A stretch of 64,000 nucleotides of DNA from Phoronis australis (GCA_002633005.1 NMRA01000006.1:1260442-1324441); one strand, 5' to 3'; shown: positions 1-15,800, numbered from the stretch's first letter. The notes: a model not told the origin generated them from the letters alone. Program-made: numbers and translations.

Positions 1-169
1 GATTTTATCGTGGGTTAAATTTTATCCAAAAGAACCCATTTCTACATGCTATGGTCTTTGAAGTTGTATATAACTTGTACTGTCTTGAATTGAGTCACTT
101 AGTTTTGTCATACTTATTAACTAAAGTTTTTGGGGACCTCAATTTTTAATTAGTGTCCTCAGGTTTTCT

Positions 170-229
170 GTGCCCGTCCAGTTGCGATGTAATGTTTTAT
201 GTGCCCCTCCAGCTGCGATGTAATGTTTT
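170..229. repeat. 31-bp tandem duplication
   Basis: gtgccc(g/c)tccag(t/c)tgcgatgtaatgtttt x2. Confidence 0.8.
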
Positions 230-3200
230 CATAGCTTCAGGATGCTGCCCAGTATAAAGTTATGAGTAAAATATAGCAAATCTCATCATTGGATCTCGCG
301 TTGAGAGTCAATCTGATTTGATTTTGGACGACAGGAAGGCAAACATTTTATTTTAGTCAGGTAGCAGATATGAGGTCCAATCTACCCTCTGATGGGACAC
401 CATGTGCCTTTGTGACAGCACTGGGGATTTACATTGGTGTTTCTTTGATTGAAAACAAGTCTGCGGATATTGTTGTTTAAATGAAATTTTCTTCACTTGA
501 TGTTTATATGATTTCAAACTGATGTCCTTAGTTTTAGTCATTCTTGGCACCTTAAAGGTTGATTTTCAGACTGAGTGCATTCAAGTTTTCCATTCTGTGA
601 CCAGTGGCCATTTGACCTCTGTCTTGAGGTCAAGTTACCTCCTTTGGCCATACTAGAAAAGTTGGTTCTGTCAGCTCAATTGTTGATTGTCATTCCTAGC
701 TTCAATTGTGGTGTGTTCAGTAGAATACTAATGTGTAAGCTGTGCAATTTTCTTATAATTACTAAACTCCAGATGAGATAAGTCCATTTAGACAATTCAT
801 ATAATATTCGCCTAAAAACTGGAGTCAGCAATTCCAGGAATTCTACCAACTAGCCAATACTGCACAAATACTGACCAATTTTCCCATTTTTACCATGGTG
901 TGTGTCTTTTTTCTGGCTCCAATTAATGACTGTAAATCCATTTTAATTCCCCTGATTTCTTGTTTTGAGTCCTTTTGCTGTGTAATACTTCAAGCTGGGG
1001 GTTATCCTGCCACTCATCTGCGGCAGCCATCTTGGTTTTCTTTGACCCTTTGTACTGTAACTGGCATGGTTGTGTGTGGTCCCTAAATGAAGTATGGCTC
1101 TGTGTCAAGGCCAGCCATCTAGATAAAGACAGTGATTTGGTTACAAAGGGTCAATTATTCAGTCAAAAAGGCCTCTGACAATTGATTTGTTTGTATTGAA
1201 GAGAAGAGGGTGTTGTATTCAATGTAGGCCAAGCTTTTGGGTCACAAAGCTGAAATCCTTGAAATTCACATGTGTGGTTTTCTGAAAATGAAGGCAATGC
1301 TTTTCTGGAATGTGTATCATTGAAAGTAAGAGAAATGAAGCGGATTTGATTCTATAATCTGGGTAACTCAGTTCTATCTGAACAAGGTCTTGTCTGATCG
1401 AAAACCTTGGGTATAATCCTAAATGGAGTATGTTAGTTATTGTATAATGTCACGTATTTTGTGTAGTTCACCTAGGGCATTTAAAATGCCACTACTTTGT
1501 TTCTCACAGATTAAATTCTAAAGGGATTCTGGGTAAAGTACAGCTTGCTGCTTGTGGAAGTTGCGTAGTGCAGACGAAAATTTTTTTACCCCTTTTACTT
1601 AAATGTGTCCTTAAATGTGGTTCTTTGTCCATCATTCCTGGTAAAACTCTATTCTTGCCCGCCCACTGACCCAAACAATTACGATTAGCCCTTGTGCTAT
1701 TGATGTGGTCCAAGCATTTCTGAACTGTACCACCAGGCCTGTATGCACTGGTTTTCCTGTAACTTTATGGTCTGGCAATGACATCCATAAATTCCCTGTT
1801 TTACAACACTCTGGCTCAGTGTGGTCCATCCAGAACTGCATGGCAAGTCTTAAGCCATTTCGCATATAAGGTGGCGTAAAAGTGGAATTTCGTTTTGGGA
1901 AGTTTCTCAACAAAACTCTTTCATTTCATCGTGTACATGGTTTGTGCGTCATCATTTTGTAAAACAACGCTTAGCTTAATTTTGAAAACTGAAAAGCTTG
2001 AATTATGTTTCTTGTTGAGTGTAGTAAATGGTTCATCAGGTGTTATCATTATGTCTTGCTGGAGTTGTGGACCTCAGTACATGAAAATCTGGTCATAGAC
2101 AACTATTGTGTCACGTCATTTCGTATGCCTTTCCATTTCTGTTCAATGCTGTAGATGTCTTGAAATCAAATTCTGACGAAAACAAGTGTCATAAAATAGA
2201 CCCTAGGGCACACCGTCTGGGCTTATTTGAGGTCAAATTTTGTGTTCCTTTTATTTTTTTAATAAAAAGCAATATTTATGCATACATATTCATGCATATG
2301 TCATTGCTACTCATATCATTTCTTGAAACGCCTCATTTATGTTCCAAAAATACATGCGAGTTGTTTGGGACGTCGTCAATTGATTTCAATTATGTTTACT
2401 GCTGTGTGAAATCATGTTTACGCCTTCATTTTCAATGCTTTAGCAGTTCCGAATAACGATTTCTTTTTATTGCATAAGTTGTTGGCATAAGATTTTGCAC
2501 TCTTATTTTATGATCCATGACCCAGGGGATTGTAACTAACATTTTTCAAAACAAAGGCTTGGTTGTCATGACTAATGTCTCTACTATTCAAGGGGTTATC
2601 AAAATCGGGGACATGGTACCCAGTGTATTGACAGTAAGAATATTAGTCATCTGCAGTTCAATTTGTTTTCTAGAAATTCATCAAAAAAGGACTGTTTTTT
2701 ACAAAAAAGGTAATCACAAAATGTTTTATAATTAAAAAAAAGCGCGCATTGGGTATCTTTAACGACTGGTCTCCTTAAATGCACAACATTAGAGAAATCT
2801 ACACTAGTGGCACCGCTGAATTTTTTTCTGCTAATTCAATGTTCCAGCTACCCTGAACTTGACTGAAAGCGGTCAGTGGCAGCCATCTCGTTTGTATGCT
2901 CTAGAAAAGTTCTCGAATTTGTTAAAAATGCTCACTTTGATTGAAGTTGATTCCGATGAGAAGAGATTTATGGGCTTGTGTTTCCTCCAGTATCATGACG
3001 CAGTGTGGCAACACAACTTGTGGATTATTGTATAATTTTTTTTCCAAGTCCTGAAATCACCTCTTATTTGTCTAAGAAAGTATTTGAGGCCAATTTCATA
3101 AAAGTCCAAATCATAAGTTGTCTTTTGTGATGGAGGGGAGAAAGTGTTGAAGCAACTTCTGGTGGGCAAACAAATTTGGAACAAGATTACAAGTTTTAGG

Positions 3201-6200
3201 TATATGTATTGTATGTGTCATCACAATAGTAATATTATTACTTCCCCACTGCCTAATCTGGACTTGTTGACAATTCTCTGTGTTTAAAAGTTAGCTCAAG
3301 TGATGTTATTTGCTGATCCCATGTGGATTGGTGATAAATCAATATTGACCAATCCTCTTGGCACCTGATCCCATCTGGTCAACACCTTTCTATGGCACTC
3401 GTGGACCTGCTACTATTTAGAGAGAGGTCCTGTTGTCCAAATGAAAGCTGGACTTTCCCTGAGGTTACGGTGATCCAGTGCTTTTTGTTGACAGTGAAAC
3501 TTTCTGAATTGACATGTCCATAGTGAGTCTTTGAATTACCAGCTGTTATGCCTGGTCGTATTTCACTGGGATCATTCACAGTTGAATTCTTGATCTACTT
3601 GAAGTGGTATTTCTTTCAAGTAACATAAAATATTTTGCTTCTGTGTTAGGTAGCCTGGATTTGTTCTTTCCCCTCAATTTATAGAAATTTATAAATTACA
3701 AGACGGCAGGCATTCCTGAAATATTAGAAACATTCATCGAAGTACTTGTTACCATTGCACCCTATTCACACTACAGTTCAATTGCCCAAGTCTTGTTTAT
3801 CTGTTCTGCTGGCCCAGATCAGTCCACCACACGTGGCCACCTTTTAAAAGCAGATGTGGAAGTATTTCTACTATTATTATTATAGTATGACAGCCTGAGA
3901 GAGTTCTGGAATATCCCCTTAGGTGCAGGACTTTTGAAAAGAGATACATGTATCCTATTATATGCAGTTATTGTTATCTCAGGGGTGGATGTAGTTAATA
4001 CTGTGTTGAGCTTTCCTCCTTGAAAGCCAGACCTGTTGGTGGAATTCTATGGACTGAGAGGGTGCATTATGGCCAGCTCTCTCTCTGAGTGGCAGCATGA
4101 ATGGAGGGTTTCATGTGTGGCAAAATTGATTTATTCATTGGTGACTGGCATTATGCAAGTTGCTTTGAACTAGTTGGAGTTCACTAGCATTAAGGCCCTG
4201 TCCCCTACTCTATAAAAGGCTTTCAGGTGGCCTGCCTTTGAATTGACCAATCCATCAATGAAGTCATTTGGCAAATTGAAAATCAGTTCTCAACGATAAA
4301 TTTCCTGATGTTGAATCTTGATGAAATGGAGCCCAACCCAAATCTGGTGTAGGCCATACTCCTATGTTTGGAGGATGTATCAATCTTTGGTACCTGTAAA
4401 CTCCGATCCTGAGTAGTGCCAGCTGACCCCATGCAACCGTCATGGCTGTTGCACTCTTAAAACAATGTTTTATTTTTACTTAAGGATATATAAAACCTTT
4501 TTCACCAAAATTGTTTTCACGAACTCGGAAAGTTGTGAAAAGGGAAATCCTCTCCAAACTTCATTCATTTCATTGGTAACGTTTTGCTGCTTCGATCTCG
4601 TGCTCATGGTGTGCATTTCTACAGATACTCGCTTTCTATTCTCAATTTCGTAGTTGGTTTCTTGATATCAGCCTCCCCGGCACGTGGTTCATATGTTGTG
4701 TACCAAGATACATGGTTGACTTACTAATGCTAACTTCTCTGACCAAGTTTGACTGGAGGTATTGAAACCTGCTTTACAAAATTAGTGATATTTAACTTAG
4801 TTATGCACTGCAAATTCAGGTGACTGAATGTTGAAGCAACTAACAAAGTTATGGGCATGTATAGGTTATATTGACTAAAACCAGTTTGCACCGATTAGTT
4901 AATTAAAAACCTTGAGATTTTAACAATTCGTAATGTTTTTGGCTTTTCTCGGCTTAGGCAAATTCATTTGAATTGAACTTAAGAACACCACTTCTGGAAA
5001 ATAATTTGGTGAATTTCTCTGACATTTCACAATTTTAATATTAAATCTCGGAAACGCTGTTAGATTTTTCATTTTAAACTTTTAGTTTCGGCGTACCTTA
5101 AGGTAGATGAATACGACTTTATTTTATACATTATACATAATTTGACATAGAACCAATGAGTATTTAAAAAATTCCTAACACCATGTTTGTGGTAAATTGT
5201 GATGTTTTCATTCAAAAGCCCTTTCGTTAAAATTGACTGGGGTTATTTTGCTACGAATGTAGTTTTTGCAAAAACGAGATTTTGACTTAAAAGGTGGTTA
5301 TGTAATGATATTAACAGCATGTACATTTTAAATAAATTTTTATCATTCCTGATATTTTTTCCTTCTATAAATATACTTTTACTAATTGACATAGCCTGCT
5401 TTTTTAATATGCGAGTGAGAATGGAGGTCACTAAATGAAGTTTGAGATACCCTTGAGACGATTATGACACTTGAAGCGAAATGTTGTTCGAACTTTGAGT
5501 GTATTTGCTCGAAATGTTTCAGAAACAAAATGTTGACTTCTTCTCGGCTTTCTGAGATGCTATCGTGAGTGATTCAATGAACTTGATGACCAAGCCGTAC
5601 CACAGGTTAAATCAATTTCAGTTTTACTCTTAGGGAGGGTAGATTTGCTCTGAAGGAGAAAACTCATAGCGCAATTTTTATTTAGGCGTTCATTCATGGC
5701 ATTGGGTTTCATGCAGACAGGAACTCTTGAGTGTCAAGCCACATAAGAGTAAGAGTTGCTATGTTTTGATAGGTTTCACCTGCATGTAACGGTTTTAATA
5801 TACCAAGTCAGTTTTTGTGAGAAACACTTCATTCGCATGCTTTCCTATGTGCTTGACACCTCTGATATCAATCTTGACAGTGTTAAGTGTTCACAACATT
5901 TGTCCTAAGGGTATTTAAATTTGTTACATTCTCAAAAAGTCAGTCTCTCATACATGTTTTTCAACTTCTAAATGTCAGTAATTCACTTCTCCTTTGACCC
6001 CTTTGTTCTCTGCTTGGATATCTTTTATGGTTGTAGGCCTCTAAAGTCATGTCCACATTAGGAGTTACCCATAGAACAACTTGCCCTAGAGCAATTGTCG
6101 CACTGTGTCAAGTTGCCTTGTTACAAATGGTGTGCGCACTGCTAACCCTGGTGACACTCTCCCAAGAACAACCTGTTGTAGGGTAACTTGCTGTAGGGTA

Positions 6201-8943
6201 ACTTGTGAGGATGCACTGCAGTCTCACTGTCCCCATACACTGTGGTAGGTGAGGTGTGATTTAGGTCACTGATGAAGGTCACTGAATGATATTGTGTTCC
6301 CCACTGACTGCTTTGATAGGCTAGTTTAACCCATGCACAAGTTTAGGAATTTCACTCATATTTGGATTACCAGTTCTTATGAAATTGTGGTTGTAGTATT
6401 CTTGGGTTAGGGCTCTGGTCTAGTGTGCAGCAATTTCATGCTGGCTGAGAGTAAAAGCATAATTTTGTTGTAATTACATTATACTCCTAAAATATCTTTT
6501 CGCTAAGTTTTCTTCTAATTTCAACACATTATTTTTGCTTACAATTTGTAAACTTCAACCCTTATCTACTGGGATTCCAAAACCAAAAATTGAGAAATAT
6601 GTAAAAAAACTCGGTAGGAAAGATGCAAATAATCAACTGCCATTTTTCATAATTCCATTACTGCTGAACAATAATTTCCAACATGCCACAAGGTGTCTCT
6701 GGTGTGAAATGAGGATGATCAGCTGACTGGGGCAAGATGCTGTAGTGCCTAGTGTCTTGGGTAACTTTTAGTGTGGGCATGACCTAAGTCACAGAACAAT
6801 GCCTTCTTTTTGAAGGCCATTGTAACTTCCCCATCACTCAAACCCTCTGATAGGTGAGGTGTATTGACATCTGCCCAAAATTATAGGTCGAGTTAAAACT
6901 GCTACCTGGTTTCAGTGTTTCAAATGCTCTAAATCCTTAATTTTTTGATATCTAAATTTCCAATGGTCACCTTTGCCTCACCCGAGAGTGGGATTGTGGG
7001 GATCATTTTTCCAAATATTTCATGTGATGCCTCTGCCATTCTTTAGTTAAGTGCTTGTAAAGAAGTAGTGTAGATATGGCTGGAGCCAGTCACATGACTG
7101 GTGACACGCCCTTCTCATTCATCTCTCTTAGGGTGTTTTTACACATCCAAGAGTTGTCCTGGTGCGAGTTGTCATGGTACAACTTGCTCATTTTAAGTCG
7201 CATTTACACATTGAAAACTGGATCACTATGAGTCATTTACACCAACTGTCAGTGATTGCTGTCTGTCAGTTTCATGTCAAAAATGATTTGTGGCAGAGGA
7301 TTCTCTGAAGATTCCTAGAATACAACCTCTGACCTGCTTCCATTGTCTTCTCTGTGCTCGCAAGTAAAAGGTCACGTAGTTCAAGACATAGATATCAACC
7401 AGTTTACTTTTATAAAATACAATGTAAGTTTGATAATGAGTCCCTGTCCTTTAACTTTGCCATCTTTTTTAGTGGAACATTGCCGTTTGTGCTGGACATA
7501 CATAATTATGAATTATAAATTAAGAAGCTGTTTTTAGTCTCAAATAGCTCTTCAGTCCCATTACATCTTTGGAGGACGTAAGTTTGGTTTGTAAACCTAC
7601 TGTCAAAGGAGTTGAAGTTGGTTGTAAAGCCAAGTGCTCCTATCTCTGTTGGAGACTACTGACAAATAACGTGCCTTTTGTTTTTGTGATATTTCATGAG
7701 TGTGTTATTGCAAAGAAGCCATCAATAATGAGGCCATCAATAATGAAGTTATTGTTAAGCACCTAGGAGATCTCAGCCGAGTTCTCATAAAACAAGTTTC
7801 TCTATGAATTAAATATATGTTGCAAGAATTTTACTATGAAAGCTCAAAACCTAGAGTTTCAATAGCTTTTACTTGTCAGTATCTTGTTCTTTCTAGTGAT
7901 TTGTAGAAAATGTCAGAATGTCTTGAAAAACTGCTTTTGGCTGTAGCCCTTCTTTAAGTGAAGTTTATTTATGAAGCTCAGTCAAGAGGCTTAACTTGCC
8001 CCCATGTTACAAGTTGTGTAAACAAGGTGTGTAGGCTGTACTGTCTAATGCAGACATCAGAGCCCTCTAACTAGTCCATCAAATGAGACCTCCTACAGAG
8101 TATAAATATACAATTTGCAAGCAAGTGAAAGAAGATGCTGCTCTCACCATGTGTGAAGACTTGTGCTGTATTAATTAGGGCTTGCCAGATTAGCACCACT
8201 GAAGACTTGTTCTCTGTATGTTCTTTCAAAGGCTTGAAGTGAGGACTGCATTGTGTAGACTGAAGGTATTGACCATGAGTATACCATGAAAGATCTTTGG
8301 TTATGAAATGGAACCGGGTTAATTCAATTTGATAATTAATGAATTCTGTCATGTAATTCAACATTACAAATACAACCTCACCGACCATTCACTTCAGTGG
8401 CTGCCATTTTGCTAGATGACACTATTGAGGCATTGAGCTTACTCGCAAAGCACTTGCTTTTGATGTGGCGTGATGTTTCCTTCATCCTTACAAACTTGGT
8501 CTGTGGAATGCAGCCAAGCTCAGGCCACTATTGAAGTCATAGTTACCTTGGTGAAAGACTCAATTTTAAGTAAATTAATTATATAACAGTCACCTTTTTA
8601 GGCCATTATAATGTTTGCCTTCAAAAGTAGTGCTCCCAAGCAAGGTTTCTGTCATGCTAGAAAACACCATCTTGTTTTGTAGCATGTGGATAGGATATTT
8701 TCAATTACAAAGTTGATACTGCATTGTCATTGGGGTGTATGGGGAGGAATGTGGTGTGTGTAGGGCTGCCTCACATGGAGTAATCACCAGACTGTTGTGT
8801 ATCAATACAGCCACATGTGTGGTGTGGTCAGGCATGTTTACACTGAAGGTCTCTAGCCATAGGTCATGTGGGCTGTAGTCTGTTATTGCATTGATAAGTT
8901 AGGAGTGCATGTGAGAGGGTGTAGTCCCCACCAGCCTGCTGTA

Positions 8944-8952
8944 GACCACCCA
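8944..8952 (+). promoter_or_regulatory. perfect Gli/Ci consensus site GACCACCCA
   Basis: Exact consensus in a GC-richer block of the large ptc intron; ptc is a canonical direct Gli/Ci target. Confidence 0.55.
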
Positions 8953-9639
8953 TGTGCTGTGGTTAATAAGTGCATCTGTGTCACACTGCAAAGGTCATGC
9001 AGATTAACAGCTGATTTCATTTTACCCCCCTCCAGCTAAAATGAAAGTATTTGCGGCTGTATATGTAATGGTTGAGTTGGGATTGCATCCTCTTAATCTT
9101 TAAATCTAGATTTAGACACTGTTTGTTACCATTTTATGTAAGGTCTCTTAGAAGAAAATTCAGTATCCAGGAAGTAAGAAATTGTTTGTTCTAAGAAAGT
9201 GAAGTCAGAAACAGCAGAGATATCTGTAAGATTCCAGCTGTTTTATGACACAGTCTTATTTTGTCAGGAATCTTGTTACTTGGCAACTTCATTTGGTGCT
9301 GGGTTGTTGGAGCCCCCCCTCCAACTACCCAGCACCAAATGTGTGTGGTTGTGTGTATGCCTGGGAAGGTGCTAATGACATCTGTAATGTTACTGCGCTT
9401 CAAATTTGTTGGATATTGACATGGAAATTGTTTTGGTAATTCTTACCTTACTAGTCCATTGAAATTGTCATGAACCACATAAAGTGCTTGTAGCAGTCTT
9501 GAGAAAGGTTTTGCTTTTTTAATAAATTGGTTTAAATTGATCCCAGTATGTTTAACTGTAAAATGTCTCTCAAAAGCAATGTGTGCCAGGTTTAATGTCC
9601 TGAGTATGCTGTCAAGTGTAAAGTATCTATATTTTTCAG

Positions 9640-9826
9640 AGGGAGGTCGCTTAGAAAAAGAGCTCGCCTACACACAAGAAAAAGTGGGAGTCGGAACCGG
9701 GACAACAAGCCAAATCATAATTCAGACCCCGAAAAGTGGCAACAATGTCTTGTCGCCAGAGTCGCTCAGTACTCATTTAAAGGCTGTCATGGCTGCTGTG
9801 AGAACATCAATAGATTTGTATGACAC
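9640..9826 (+). CDS. ptc: patched exon (ECD1 start, [15 protein letters not shown]...IDLYDT)
   Basis: ttttcag acceptor, gtaagt donor; Ptc GGRL..EL motif. Confidence 0.95.
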
Positions 9827-12800
9827 GTAAGTGTGCATTGAAGTGATTTTGCAAGGAAATGTTCGTGAACATGACTTCTTTGTTGTTGTGCATGTAATGC
9901 GTTGACACTGTTGCTTAAACCATTGCTGAATTTGAAATATTTTGATGTTGTTCAAGCTCTTCATTTAAAAAGAAATGATCAATTTTACGGATGGTAACCG
10001 TATGTTGTGTTTGTTGTTGGATGAGATGAACTTGAAGTAATGATCTGTGACCAAAACTATGAAGCAACAAAATCAACTGCACTTGTTTCTGTGATTTTAA
10101 TGCACCTGTTAAGCACTTGGTTAATTGCCAAGTGGGATTTACCTCGCTAGCAATGTGGTAGACTTGAACCACTGGTCATTAGTTGGAATTCGTCTTCAAG
10201 GTGATTTCATAAAACAATTTTCTCAACCATTGTGTCACTAAACTTAATTTACAAAATATTCAGATTGTCAACCCAAAATGTGGAATGTATTGTTGCACTG
10301 ATAGAAATCATAGGCTGCCAACCAGGACAGATTGTTTTTAACTTAAAAAGATTTTTATTATTGCTTATTGTTATTTGTAAAGGCTTTTCATTATTTGATT
10401 TATTTTGCAGAACTTGGAAATTCAGTGATATTTGTTACAAAGCTAGTTTTCCTGGTTTCGACATTCAACTAATGGACACGGTGAGTATTTTCACTCTTTG
10501 TGCTTTGCACACTTGAATTTGAGTTGATTCTCTCATGGCAACCAAAATACTTGCTCTTTTCTTTGCTGGAAGAAACGAAAATTGATGTTTTAAGAAAATC
10601 AAGGAGGAGTCGTGTAAAGTATCGTTTTCCCTAATTCATAAAATGACAGAAAAGTGGTGTTGGAAGAACTGTTCTATTCAACAACAGTTATGACACTTGG
10701 GTTTGAAAAAAATTGCCGTTGGATTTGTCTCCATAAAGTGGCTGACTCTGTCTTTCAGATAATGGAGAAATTGCTGCCCTGTGTTATAATCACACCCCTG
10801 GACTGCTTCTGGGAGGGTGCCTATCCTCTGGGCCCGGAACATGGAGCCGTTGCGCCGTGAGTATCTTGTTACACTTTGTCTAATAGAAGTCAATTTCTTA
10901 TTAGCAAAACTCAAAACTCCCATCGATCGAAACTCCTTCTCAACTGCCCGTTCCTTTCCCACTAACTTATCTTAAACCAATATCTAGGTGAAGCACCAGG
11001 AAGGCAGTCTGTAAAATCTGACCAATTTTGAACAAAAAGAGTTTTTTGAAATAAACTTTTCTTCATTTTTCAATAGCTTTTAATTTTCGACGTTTTTGTG
11101 AATGCCCATAACTCTGGAATATCACTTAAAGTTGACAAAGCATTGATTTGGTGCCACGGTACCTTTTGTTTATGAAAAAAACAGAAAAATAGTGTGTCCT
11201 CGAACCGAGGTATCTTGATGTGCAATTGCATCTTTGGCTATTTGAAGAATATCAGTTATACTGAACAATTAAATTTGACTTCAAGATAGTTTGTAATCTG
11301 CACTCTTCAGTGGCGCATTCCGACAAGAACTTTATATCAACCTGTACACCCTGAGTGGCGCATCCCATCAAGAACTTTCCTGTACACCCTCACTGCTACC
11401 GTAAAATCTCACCAATTTCTGACAAAAGATTTGTCATAATTTACCTTTCTTTTTTCCAAGGGATCCTAACATTGGTTTGAATGTCCACAATTTTTCAAAA
11501 TATCGCCTGTTGATAGCCATGATAACAAAACTTCAATATAGAAAAGCACTAATTTGGTAGAACTTATTTTTTATGGAAAATAAGAAAATAAAATTTCATT
11601 TGTCTGCCATCTCGTATCCTAAATTGGTGAAATTTGATCACAGGTAAAACCCAGCCTGCTTCTGCGTGTTAAGCCCATCGTGCACCTGGGTGTAAAGCCC
11701 TGTCTGCACTGTGTACAGTTCTGTCGGCTCCTGGGGGTAAACTCTAGCTTGCTCCTGGGATTAAAGCCCAGCCTGCTCCTGGGTGGAAAGCCCAGTCTGC
11801 TCCTAGGTGTGTTGGCAGGTTGACAGAAGCCAGTCCCCTGCTGGCTAGTGTTGTTGAAAGTTGTTGATCAGAATGTTTCATTTCAACAAATGATCCTGAC
11901 AGGGTCTTAAAGGGTGATTTGGCGGTTGTATTGCTCCCTGAATAGAATGTTGCATTGAGTTATGAAATGAGACTGTTCTTTTTTCAAACGTGTTGTTTTC
12001 CTTTCGTCTGCGCCCATTCACCAGTGCAGTTAGAGGTTGATTGTATTAACTGTGTATAGAGCTTGTCACCTGCGATTGTGTAAGACAGGACAACATAATT
12101 GGCGCTTTTACACACACCACACTGTGCTGTTGTCATTGAAATTGATACCCAAACAGGATTGGTTGTTGGTTCTTTAGTAAAACTAGATGTGGTGGTGCTG
12201 CTGACATTGCTCATGTTGTGACTAGCTTCTTGTGCCCAGGATTGCCGTGTCAATTGTGGTCAAAATCTTGTACAAAAAGTGCCCAATTTTTGTTCTGTGT
12301 TATTGATAAGTGAAAAATCCTAGTTTCATACCAGTTGTCAGCTATTTTTTTACTCTCGAGGATTGTGTCTTTTTATTTGTGTCTAAAAAGATGATAAAAA
12401 ATGCTGGTGAAAGATATTAGCTGCCATTGTTCCAACTTTTGGTTTGACAACCGCTGGTTATTTGTTTTGGTCCTCTGGTCTGTGTCTCATTTCTGAGAGC
12501 GCTTGTCTTCAATAAAGCAGCATTATGTATGATAATAATGGTGTGCTGAAGACATGTCAATTTCTGACACTGGAGACTGTTCTGTAATTGAGTGCTAATG
12601 CCAGTAATCCGGCCAGACATTCTATGGAATCGACTCTCAACCTCGCTTTTTTCAAGTGCTTGGCTTCGTGTGTCTCATTGTAAAGATCTGTAAATGATCT
12701 CCTTGCCATGGCATTACTCTGAAAGAAACAAGGCGTATGTTGAATTTGTTGCGGTAGTTTGTAGAGATAACGCCGAGCTGAGTGTTGTTTTGAATTCACT

Positions 12801-15800
12801 GTTTTGGTTTTATACTCCATAGTCTATTTTGTGTGTACACTGTCAAATGGTTTTGATGCATTTCTATTGTGGGACTAACTAATGGAAACTTGTTATTTGT
12901 TCCTCCACAACAACCGTTATCCTTAACCCAACGAAAATGCATCCAACTTTTGTTCACTCTGTTGGTGTGCTAGAGTTATTTTTCCTCAGTCGCTTTTTAT
13001 TTGAAATTTAAAAATATTCACCAAATGATACATGTTGGCATGAACGTGTCTGACTGCCTGTTTTTGACATTTCACGTGTTTTAGTGACGGGAATCTAGCA
13101 CACTGCCCATTTTAAAAAATACTGCAGGAAATTCTCCATTAATTTTTGCTGATCTGGTTTTGGAGTATGTTAATTAAGTTGGTTAAATATTGTTTCTATG
13201 GCCATGTTGAATGACTTGGGTTGTTTTATAGAGTTTTAATAATTTTCGAATTTTTTCGGAGTTGAAATCCCAGTGAGGATTAAGTTATTGAAAGCAGTAA
13301 CACTGAATGCCAGTTTTTCAGTAATTGATTTTCTCCTATATTTGTTCTCCTTGTTATCATCTCCTTCCTTCCTTCAATACACATCTTCAATCTGGTGGGA
13401 GCCACATTCTGTTTGTTTTCCTTCTTGCTAAAAGACATCCAGCCTTCATAGGTGCACTGTGACAATGGGTCTTATTGGCAGTCAGCTGTCATTAAGCCCC
13501 ATTTCACCCATTGAAGGTATTAACTGGAAGAGACTAGCCATTATGCAACTGGTCATCTCTTGAGGGTGGTCCTCCTCACACTGCCTTTGATCCCATTTAA
13601 AAGCTGCTGGGAATGGATGGTTTGGCCCATCTATTGGGTGTAGGATTGAAATCAGGTCAACTAATGGTCACTTTTATGTGGACTGGTCAACCTTAATGTC
13701 CTTCCAGACCACATCAACAATCATTAACTTATACTCATCTGACTGTGTAAATAAGATCGTGTTATTTATGAGAGTTTGAACTTGCTATCTGACCAAATGA
13801 CTCTCCATTGTCAAAGAAATTCACTTTTGCAATTAATAACTCAAACATTTATGGTGTTGTTGGATAATTTCTGTTAATAGTGGATATAAAAGCGCTTATT
13901 CTTTTCAATCTAGATAGACTGTTTACTCTTGGTCAAATCTGTGTTGGTGTCAAGACAGTGTTCAGAACAATTTTGAATTGGCAACAGCGTGTGAAGTTCT
14001 TGTTATACATATGATCTTAGTGGAATCTGAATCTTTTGACTTATTTGCATGAGAATGTGAAGCAATGGGTTGATCATACTAAATATTATATTCTGTTTTC
14101 CACAAGGTTTGTATGTAATATTGTCTTAAGTTATGTTATAATGAGAATTTGTATATTTATTTGGTCATGTAATAAGCGATGCCATTTGTTGGGCTGTCTA
14201 GTGATGATGTTCTTCTATTGTTTGTTCCTCCTGCCATGTGGAATTCCTTTTTGAACTGAGTTCAGTCAGGGAGATATTTTGAAATGTGCAACGCCTTAAA
14301 TTCAGGACCAATGTTATACACAGCCCTGTGAACTACTTAGTTATACAATACACTTTCTGAGTAAATGCTATGGTTCTGTGATACATCTCTGGTCTGGTGC
14401 TTCTCTGCAAGCTGAGTTATACAAGAGACTTTCTGAGTAAATGCATGGTTCTGTGGTACATTTCTGTTCTGGTGCTTCTCTGCAAACTGATTGAGTTCCT
14501 ACTTCTAACTCGTACAGTTTTACATATTTTTTTAAATTTCTTCAATCTGACACTAGGCTAATATGCTTAAATTACAATTTTGCTAATTTTAAAGGCTTAC
14601 CACTTTGTTTCGAATGCTGGAAATTTCACTGAACTTTTTTTCTTAATGTTTAAAAGTTTTACATTATTGATGAAATTGCGCATTATGTCCTAAACTGACC
14701 AGTTGAGGCCGTGGAGATACAGTCCAAATGTAACAAACAAGACTGTGACTTCTTTGTTAACCCAGTTGTAGTTATAAGCATGATGAGTCCCTTTCGCATA
14801 ATTAAAGAGTAGTCTTGTATCAATACTCTGTGATTGTAATTTGGCTGTCAATTTTTGCATCTTTTATGTCAAAACCTTGATCAACTTTTTTATTTTATTT
14901 TCAGAGGTTTTCCCAGTATGTCGTGGAAGAATCTGAACCCCAGGAAGACTGTTCAGCAGCTAGCTAGGTTTGGCATTGAATTTCATGCGGAGTCCATCTT
15001 GGAAGTTTTTGATAGAGTAAGATTGATTTCTGGTTGACTTTGCAGCTTCTTTAAATAAGTTGTTGTTTTCAAAGCCACTTCAGTGTGCATTTCCTACCTT
15101 TTTAAATAATTATTTTGAAAAACAGTTAGAACTGTAGTGACCATTTGCTGCCTGTATGCGCTCTCAATTTAGTGAAAATAATTTGATAAACATTGGAGTT
15201 AAGCCATTATTTCTGTAAATTTGCTGTGATATCTTCCTCCTCACTTCTCTTTTAATGCAAAGTTTTCAAGTGGTATAGATTTGGAATTGATATAGAGGTA
15301 TCTTTCCTTCTCAGTATTGTGTTTCTATGGTAACTGACAAAATGTCTCTAGCCGGACACAAGTGAGAAATAAGGTTTCAAGTGAAATATTTTCCATGTAA
15401 CACATCAAACTGTTGTCATTTCAATCTCTTGGCCTATCACTAGTTCCCATTTGACATGTCTTCTTAGGCGGGTATAGATGGTGCCTACACCACTAAGCCG
15501 TGTCTCAATCCGCATGACCCCCACTGTCCACAGTCAGCACCCAACTACCAGTCCAAGCGGGTGCCCGACATTGGTGCTGAGATGACTGGAGGTTGTGCTG
15601 GGTTTGCCAGCAAATACATGAAGTGGGAAGAGGAACTCATTGTGGGCGGAGTCACTAAAAACAAGAGTGGTCACATTGTCAAGTAAGTGATGTTACACAA
15701 TGCATCACAAAATGTTAACATCAAGTCAGTTCTATTATATTTTGGCCAGTCAGGGCCCAGCGTCTAATTTCCATAATGAGACTCCAAAAGCTGTTGTCAC

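Noticed and set aside
4480-5101. TTAA-flanked Kolobok/piggyBac-like MITE (ttaagg...ccttaa)
   Set aside because: Terminal match is only ~6 bp plus weak similarity; not supportable without a repeat library.
1-9639. Search for the N-terminal/TM1 patched exons or a nested gene
   Set aside because: No exon resembling the Ptc N-terminus (..LWVE) was found and the short ORFs lack motifs; treated as one long intron.
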